From Chlamydiae bacterium RIFCSPHIGHO2_12_FULL_49_11 (GTDB lineage Bacteria; Chlamydiota; Chlamydiia; Chlamydiales; 2-12-FULL-49-11), in contig MGLW01000005.1 in NCBI GenBank assembly GCA_001794905.1, forward strand, positions 38,625-51,119: a DNA stretch of 12,495 bases, given 5' to 3'. Below the pieces are notes generated by a model. The model searched no databases, had not been told where the DNA came from, and worked only from the letters and a program-made list of their open reading frames with translations. Made by a program: the position numbers and the translations under genes. Positions 7,013 to 12,495 of this stretch are shown here, piece by piece. Position 1 is the first letter of the stretch. Each line of letters opens with the position of its first letter.

Positions 7013-8751
7013 CCGAAACCCGTGCCGCCCCCCACATTACGGTTATGCAAGATACACCAAAAATCCCCGGCATCCCCGATCCCAGAGAGGAGCGGCAGGT
7101 AAACAAAAAAATACCCCCTCCAGAAGTATTCCGGGAGAAACTGAAGAAAGAGAAAAACAGCCTCGAACAGGCCCCTGCCGCTCCGGAAGAAACCGCTCCC
7201 CCCTCTCCCTTCAGCACGCCGGCAAAAGGCTCCACATCCTTATCCCCTCAACCGGAGGAAGCTCGTATGAGCACCGCTCCCGCTAGTCCTGACAAAAATG
7301 TCTCCAAAACGGAAAAAGAAACTACTCCGTACGACCCTAAACACCCCTCCGCTTTTGCCGCTCCCGAGCAGCCGCAAAGAGCACAAAATGCTGAAGTGGA
7401 GCGTCCTTTTCCCGTTACTCCGGAACAAAACGATACCATACCTGAAAAGGCCCGTCCTCGCTTCTCGGGTCCGGCCCCTACCCAACCCGAAGGAAATTTG
7501 CCCCCAATGCAAAGCCCCGAACCATCAAAACCCGAAGAAAATCATCCCGTCATGTATAGTCCGACGACCCCCTCCCAAACCGAAAGGAGCCGGCCTCAGC
7601 CGTCCTTATCGCCTCCGGCAGAATCCGAAGAAATTCTGCACGCCGGCCTCGAGGAAAATCGGCACGCTGCGCCTCTTCCGGGCAACCTCGAGAAAAATCA
7701 TCCCGCTATTCCCGGCCGGACTAAACCCGAGGAAACTGAGCACGTTGTGCCGGGCCGGACTAAACCTGAGGAAGCTCCGCATGCTACGTCGGAGAAAGAT
7801 CGGCATTCTGCGCCTCTTCCGGAAAAATCTCGGGACAACCCTCAAGCTATGCCTATCACGAGTAAACCGGAAGAAACCCTGCATACTACGCAGGGTACCG
7901 CCATACCCGAGAAAGAGCGGCATGCTATACACGGTCCCGGCATACTGGAGAAAGACCGGCATGCTATATCTCGTCCGGCTATACCCAACGAAAATCGAAA
8001 TGATATTCCAAGGCCCGTCCCTGCTAAGCCCGATAGTCGCGAGGATGATGCCGCTGCCTTGCTGTCCAAATATGCACCGGAAAAAACCTCTTTGCCTGAA
8101 ACGGTAATCCGGGCAGGGGAAGAATCGCAAAAAATCGCACCTGAACCGGACAAGAAAAGAATCCGCAAAGCCCGCGGAAAGGATGAGGAAGATATCGCCC
8201 TGCCCTCCGAAAAAAATGCGCAGCCCGGGATCGTTAGCGTCCCACCTCAAACCGAAAGAATCTCCCCCGTCGCAGCCAAAAGCGAGGAGAAGGACCTCAT
8301 CACAACAGGGTCGAATATTCCCACTGCAAATCTCACAAGGGCGCCCACGGCACAGGAAGCAATCGTCCCCCCTTTCACAGAATTGAGTAGCAATGCTTTC
8401 GACCTTTTTGAAAAAATGATCGGCTACGTCACTCTCGAGACGGCCAAGGGAATCAGCCGGACAACAGTAACAGTGAATATGCCCGGCACCATTTTCCACG
8501 GAAGCGAAATTCACATCGACCACTACGACACGGCTCCCCATTCGTTCAACGTCCGCTTCCACGGACAAGAAGAAGCGGTAAACCAGTTCACCCAAAACTT
8601 GCCTCAATTCAATGAGGCATTGAAAGCAATCACCCTCCCCTTTCAAATCAACCTGCAGCAACCGGTCCTTTTGCAACCGGCCACGGAAAGACCGCACCTC
8701 ATACAGCGAAAAGAAAATGTCGGAAAAGAATCGGATACGGACAAACATTAG
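7009..8751 (+). CDS. cdsP: Needle-length ruler SctP-like protein, copy 1 (580 aa)
   Basis: Lies between cdsO and cdsQ; long Pro/Glu-rich disordered region, then a compact FliK/T3S4-like C-terminal domain (GISRTTVTV...IFHGSEIHIDHYDTAPHSFNVRF). TTG start overlaps the cdsO TGA; alternative ATG at 7045. Confidence 0.8.
   Translation: MTETRAAPHITVMQDTPKIPGIPDPREERQVNKKIPPPEVFREKLKKEKNSLEQAPAAPEETAPPSPFSTPAKGSTSLSPQPEEARMSTAPASPDKNVSKTEKETTPYDPKHPSAFAAPEQPQRAQNAEVERPFPVTPEQNDTIPEKARPRFSGPAPTQPEGNLPPMQSPEPSKPEENHPVMYSPTTPSQTERSRPQPSLSPPAESEEILHAGLEENRHAAPLPGNLEKNHPAIPGRTKPEETEHVVPGRTKPEEAPHATSEKDRHSAPLPEKSRDNPQAMPITSKPEETLHTTQGTAIPEKERHAIHGPGILEKDRHAISRPAIPNENRNDIPRPVPAKPDSREDDAAALLSKYAPEKTSLPETVIRAGEESQKIAPEPDKKRIRKARGKDEEDIALPSEKNAQPGIVSVPPQTERISPVAAKSEEKDLITTGSNIPTANLTRAPTAQEAIVPPFTELSSNAFDLFEKMIGYVTLETAKGISRTTVTVNMPGTIFHGSEIHIDHYDTAPHSFNVRFHGQEEAVNQFTQNLPQFNEALKAITLPFQINLQQPVLLQPATERPHLIQRKENVGKESDTDKH
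7627..8025 (+). repeat. Degenerate in-frame tandem repeat, mostly 39 bp/13 aa, in cdsP copy 1
   Basis: Units start at 7651, 7690, 7729, 7792, 7831, 7870, 7909, 7948 and 7987, with 24-bp partial units at 7627 and 7768. Examples: EKNHPAIPGRTKP, EETEHVVPGRTKP, EKERHAIHGPGIL, EKDRHAISRPAIP. Confidence 0.8.
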
Positions 8752-8757
8752 AGCGTG

Positions 8758-8786
8758 TCGTCAAATAATACCCTTTGTGTTATAAT
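8758..8786 (+). promoter_or_regulatory. Internal sigma66/sigma70-type promoter
   Basis: TCGTCA (8758-8763), 17-nt spacer, perfect TATAAT (8781-8786) with extended -10 TG at 8778-8779, within the 43-bp intergenic gap. Confidence 0.7.
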
Positions 8787-8794
8787 TTCATCTT

Positions 8795-9769
8795 ATGAAA
8801 ACGGAGCCTGTCGATCCCGCTTTTAACCTCCTCCTCTCACAAAAAAAAGAAAAAATGGAGAGTCCGTTTCCTCCCGTATCCGAAGATTTTGTCGGCGAAG
8901 AGGAAATCGAAGAGTCCTCTTCCGTGATGGGCCTCTTTGGACGCCTTCAATCGAAAAAAAAGAAGCCGGCTGACGTCCCCGTTCCGTTCTATTTGACTGA
9001 AAGGCCGCTCTCCATCATGGATGCCTCTGATGATACCGAACTTCGAGTATCCGCCATGGATGTCTCTGATAATACCGAAATGCGAGTATCCGCTATTGAT
9101 GCCTCTGATGATACCGAAATACCGCTGTCCACCATTGGTGCCTCTAATAAAATCGAAATACCCCTGTTCATCATTGGTGCGTCTGATAATATCGAAATAC
9201 CCTTGTCCATCATTGATGATACCGAAATGCCGGTGTCCGTCATCCATGTCCCCGATTCTGCTGAAATATCCCTGCCTGTTATCCATACCGAAGATCCGTT
9301 TTTTTCCCTTGCAGCCCCTCTTCTTTTCCTCAATCCGGTACCGATTTCCCCAACGAAGGAAACAGCGGGAGCTGCTCCTGTCACTACTCTGATGTGCAAC
9401 GCGATCTCGGCTACGTGCCTTCATATGGAGCGAAAGAGGGACACGACCACGCTCATCCGGCTCTCTTATGAAACGATCGGAGATGTAGAGGTGAAAATTG
9501 TCCGGTATGATACCGATCCCACCACATTCCATATTGCCATTACAACTCTTCCCCACGCGCTGAAAGAAATGAGCCTTGCCGCTATCGAACTTCAAAAGGC
9601 GCTCCAAACTGTCCTTCCCGAGATGCGGTTTGCTCCGATTGTGGTTACGTTGCAACCGTTTACACCTACAAAGCAAACCGTGCGAAAAAAAAGGGATTGT
9701 GAAAACGAGGGCGATTCACTATCCTTCGATAAAACGGAGGAAAAATCCGATTTTGCCGGTATGGTATGA
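8795..9769 (+). CDS. Second SctP/FliK-like ruler paralogue (324 aa)
   Basis: Acidic repeat-containing N-terminal half; C-terminal domain TTTLIRLSYETIGDVEVKIVRYDTDPTTFHIAI...LQKALQ shares YDT.P..F.[VI] with copy 1 and resembles the FliK 'LG.v.V.i' signature; ATGA overlap with cdsQ. Confidence 0.7.
   Translation: MKTEPVDPAFNLLLSQKKEKMESPFPPVSEDFVGEEEIEESSSVMGLFGRLQSKKKKPADVPVPFYLTERPLSIMDASDDTELRVSAMDVSDNTEMRVSAIDASDDTEIPLSTIGASNKIEIPLFIIGASDNIEIPLSIIDDTEMPVSVIHVPDSAEISLPVIHTEDPFFSLAAPLLFLNPVPISPTKETAGAAPVTTLMCNAISATCLHMERKRDTTTLIRLSYETIGDVEVKIVRYDTDPTTFHIAITTLPHALKEMSLAAIELQKALQTVLPEMRFAPIVVTLQPFTPTKQTVRKKRDCENEGDSLSFDKTEEKSDFAGMV
9017..9280 (+). repeat. In-frame 39-bp/13-aa tandem repeat, about 7 units
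   Basis: Units start at 9017, 9056, 9095, 9134, 9173, 9212 (30 bp) and 9242: MDASDDTELRVSA / MDVSDNTEMRVSA / IDASDDTEIPLST / IGASNKIEIPLFI / IGASDNIEIPLSI / IDDTEMPVSV / IHVPDSAEISLPV. Confidence 0.92.
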
Positions 9770-10899
9770 TCAAAGAAATTATCAAGAAACTGGACCGTGA
9801 TTTTCTCACCCTTCTCTCCCCCGAGAAAATTACCGTCTTTCCTGAAATCCCCACCGGTGCTCTCAATGCGGCTTTGCAAAAAGTGTTCGCAAGAAGCGAC
9901 GTTTCTCTTGTCATCGGAAACGGTAACTGGCAAGACCACTCCACCAGGCCGCCGGAAAACGCACAAAAATGGTTTAAAATTTCCAATTTGCCGGGCGCGG
10001 GTGCCATTGGCATTGCCCCGCAAGAACTCGGCCGCCTCGCGCATCATATTCTCAACATCAAGCTTGAACAGGGGACGCTTTTCCATCCGACCCTGACCGA
10101 GGCTGCGCTCACCTTTGCCGTCATCAAAGGCGCCCAAGCCGTCAAAACGGCCCCGCCCTACCAAAAATTATCGTTTGAGCTCGAGCCTCCCCACGAACTC
10201 CCCTCAGGAATGTATTATGAAATTCCCTTTGAGTGCCGTTTAGGGGATGACGAAAATCTCCACGCCACGCTGCATCTGAGCGCTGCCCTATTTCAGGCGC
10301 TCCGTGATTTTTTCCACAGCGACAACTACCTCATGGAAACGCTTTCGAAAACGACTTCTCTCCCCCTAAAAGTGATTTTGGGATATACAACACTGCACGA
10401 AACCGAACTTTACAAGCTCCAAGAAGGGGACTTCATCCTGCTGGATGAGTCGTATTATCACCCGAAAAAAAATAAGGGCTTTTTTAAACTTGTACTTTCA
10501 GAGACCCCTCTTTTTGAATTGAAGTTCCGGGAAGGGCGATGGAAGATATTTGATCATATTATAGATTTTCAGGAGATGCGTATGGACGAAGAGTTCGAAG
10601 AAGAATCTGAGCAGCAGCTCCCCGAGGCCTTTGAAGAAGAGGTGGGCGAAAAGAGAAGCGGCCCTTCTCTCGTGAAGAAAGTGGCCCTGCGTGAAGTGCC
10701 CGTGAAAATCGATTTCGAAGTGGGCCGTTTTGAAACGACCCTCGAAAAACTCGAAGCGATGCAGCCGGGAGACTTTTTACCTCTTGATTTTGAACCGACA
10801 CGGGTCGATTTGGTTATTGGAAACCGCCTGATCGGTCGTGGCGAATTCATTGAAGTCGGCGATGTCGTCGGCATAAAAATTATAGAGCTAAACCGTTAA
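9766..10899 (+). CDS. cdsQ: T3SS C-ring/sorting platform protein SctQ (FliM/FliN SPOA domains)
   Basis: Two SPOA-like segments: LPLKVILGYTTL...L..LQEGDFILLD and VPVKIDFEVGR...L..L..MQPGD...VDLVIGNRLIGRGEFIEVGDVVGIKI. Confidence 0.92.
   Translation: MIKEIIKKLDRDFLTLLSPEKITVFPEIPTGALNAALQKVFARSDVSLVIGNGNWQDHSTRPPENAQKWFKISNLPGAGAIGIAPQELGRLAHHILNIKLEQGTLFHPTLTEAALTFAVIKGAQAVKTAPPYQKLSFELEPPHELPSGMYYEIPFECRLGDDENLHATLHLSAALFQALRDFFHSDNYLMETLSKTTSLPLKVILGYTTLHETELYKLQEGDFILLDESYYHPKKNKGFFKLVLSETPLFELKFREGRWKIFDHIIDFQEMRMDEEFEEESEQQLPEAFEEEVGEKRSGPSLVKKVALREVPVKIDFEVGRFETTLEKLEAMQPGDFLPLDFEPTRVDLVIGNRLIGRGEFIEVGDVVGIKIIELNR
10571..10584 (+). promoter_or_regulatory. Internal ribosome binding site and in-frame ATG in cdsQ
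   Basis: AGGAG (10571-10575), 6-nt spacer, ATG at 10582 (Met273), just upstream of the acidic linker and second SPOA domain. Confidence 0.65.
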
Positions 10900-12423
10900 A
10901 TGCAGCAGCCGTTTCATACAGAACAAACGCTCCCTATTTATCGCACCCACCCCGACATGGGGCATATACCGAAGCAAATCGGGCCCTACCACATCGATTC
11001 TTTGCTCCATCGCAGCTCTTCGGGTCAAATCTTCCTCGCACATGAAGGAAAACAGAAAAGCCCGATCGTGATTAAATTGCTTCCCAAGGCGCTCCTGGCG
11101 GAAGAAGGGCGTAAGGAGCAGTTTCTAAAAGAGGCAAAACTGATCCAGATGAGCGACCATCCCAATATCGTTAAAGTGCTGCGCGAGGGAGCAACCGAGG
11201 ACGGCTTGTATATCGCGATGGAATTTATTCGGGGAGTCTCTCTCAAGCAGTTCATCCAGGATAATGCCCTTCCCCTTCGCCGTATCATCGACATTCTCTT
11301 GCAAACGGCCTTTGCCCTCTTCCATCTCCATGCCAATTCGATCATCCACCGCGATCTAAAACCGGAAAACATCTTGATCAATGAAGAAGGGAGGGTCAAA
11401 ATCATCGATTTCGGCGTCGCTTCGCTGCTCGATGACCACTCCGCTTTCTTTTCGGAAAACCGAATCATCGGCACCCCCGGCTATATGAGCCCCGAGCAAA
11501 AAAAGAATGCGGCCGGCATCACTTTTGCCTCCGACATTTTTTCTTTCGGCGTCATCGCCTATGAACTCATCTCAGGCACGCTTTCCCAGGGAAAAATAAA
11601 CCTTTCCAAAATTCCCGGACACCTTAGGCCCATCATCGAAAAATGTCTCCAAACGAACGTGCAAAAACGGTATCAAGACATCATGGATGTGATCCGCGAC
11701 CTGTCCCTGTATATCAAAGAGCACACCTATCTCGAAGACCTCAATTCCGACCAGAAAGTACACCAATACCAATCCGACCTTGCCGAACTGCAGGAGCGCC
11801 TTATTTTTGTCCCCCATGACTGGATTGACATGGAACTTGCCTTCAAACTCGATCCTTTGCCACTCCACACCTACCTTTTCGATACTCTCCGGCTGCAAAA
11901 CGGCTCTTACCTGCTTTATCTGATTCGCAAAAAGGGCTCGCCCGTCCGCGACCTCTTTACCCTCTCCGCACTCCGGCAAATTGTCGGTATTCTCCTCAAG
12001 GTCAAGTATACCGAACATTTCGATCTCGCCTCCTTTCTCGGCGACCTCTTTCTCTATGTCGAGGAGCCCTTGCAAAAAGTTCTCTTCCCCTTCGAATTTT
12101 TCTTTCTCTATCTAAATCCCGAGCAAAATCTCTTTTCCTTTTGTTCTTCTCCCCGATTTGTGCTCCATTACCTCAACGAACATGCGGTCAGGGTAAAACA
12201 GTTCGGCGTTCATTCCCATCTCAATCTCCATGCGCGCCACATCGAAATCTCTTCCGATACCCTTATGGAAGGCGACCGACTTACCCTCGTTCCGACCAAT
12301 TCCTCTCCCCTCATCGAAGAGACCCTTGTCCTCGAGAAATCCAGCTCGATGGAATTCATCGCCGGCCGTATCAAAGAACTCGATCCCACCATCGACTGCA
12401 CCCTCTCGATCGAACGCCTCTAA
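10900..12423 (+). CDS. pkn5: Hanks-type Ser/Thr protein kinase (Pkn5/CT673 orthologue) with C-terminal extra domain
   Basis: IVIK, FLKEA, HPNIV, IAMEF, HRDLKPENIL, IIDFG, GTPGYMSPEQ, DIFSFGVIAYE; immediately follows cdsQ, as CT673 does. Confidence 0.88.
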   Translation: MQQPFHTEQTLPIYRTHPDMGHIPKQIGPYHIDSLLHRSSSGQIFLAHEGKQKSPIVIKLLPKALLAEEGRKEQFLKEAKLIQMSDHPNIVKVLREGATEDGLYIAMEFIRGVSLKQFIQDNALPLRRIIDILLQTAFALFHLHANSIIHRDLKPENILINEEGRVKIIDFGVASLLDDHSAFFSENRIIGTPGYMSPEQKKNAAGITFASDIFSFGVIAYELISGTLSQGKINLSKIPGHLRPIIEKCLQTNVQKRYQDIMDVIRDLSLYIKEHTYLEDLNSDQKVHQYQSDLAELQERLIFVPHDWIDMELAFKLDPLPLHTYLFDTLRLQNGSYLLYLIRKKGSPVRDLFTLSALRQIVGILLKVKYTEHFDLASFLGDLFLYVEEPLQKVLFPFEFFFLYLNPEQNLFSFCSSPRFVLHYLNEHAVRVKQFGVHSHLNLHARHIEISSDTLMEGDRLTLVPTNSSPLIEETLVLEKSSSMEFIAGRIKELDPTIDCTLSIERL

Positions 12424-12495
12424 GTTAGTGCAGTCTTTCTAGCGCTCTCCTGTAGTCAGGAACTGTGGTCCGCCAGCCTCGTCCTATGCCCAAAA

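Noticed and set aside
7606-8748. 380-aa minus-strand ORF (and the 7298..8107 alternative frame)
   Set aside because: Shadow of cdsP copy 1. Its length is explained by the repeat-rich, low-complexity sense strand, and it has no recognisable motifs.
9017-9280. Possible CRISPR array
   Set aside because: The units are contiguous, degenerate and in frame, with no unique spacers and no cas genes.
8837-9676. 279-aa antisense ORF with GYF.II repeats
   Set aside because: It mirrors the 39-bp array of the sense gene. The sense ORF has a promoter, an ATGA overlap with cdsQ and a family-like domain.

Overview
This window holds the conserved chlamydial (phylum Chlamydiota) type III secretion gene cluster, equivalent to C. 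trachomatis CT663-CT673. Its divergence suggests a non-Chlamydiaceae, environmental lineage. On the + strand the order is scc4, cdsD, cdsE, cdsG, cdsF-like needle, a CT668-position gene, cdsN, cdsO, two tandem cdsP-like ruler genes, cdsQ and a pkn5-like kinase. Upstream lie a 5'-truncated helical protein with an intrinsic terminator and two small, apparently paralogous minus-strand genes with basic tails. Main observations: (1) a duplicated needle-length ruler, with each copy carrying its own 39-bp/13-aa repeat array and the second copy having its own near-consensus promoter; (2) the CT668-position protein has an inner-rod (SctI)-like C-terminus that shares a motif with the adjacent needle subunit; (3) the gene order is E-G-F rather than E-F-G; (4) an internal SD+ATG in cdsQ predicts a short CdsQ-C isoform; (5) the kinase is fused to a degenerate PP2C/SpoIIE-like domain. 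All family assignments come from motif recognition and synteny, not database searches.
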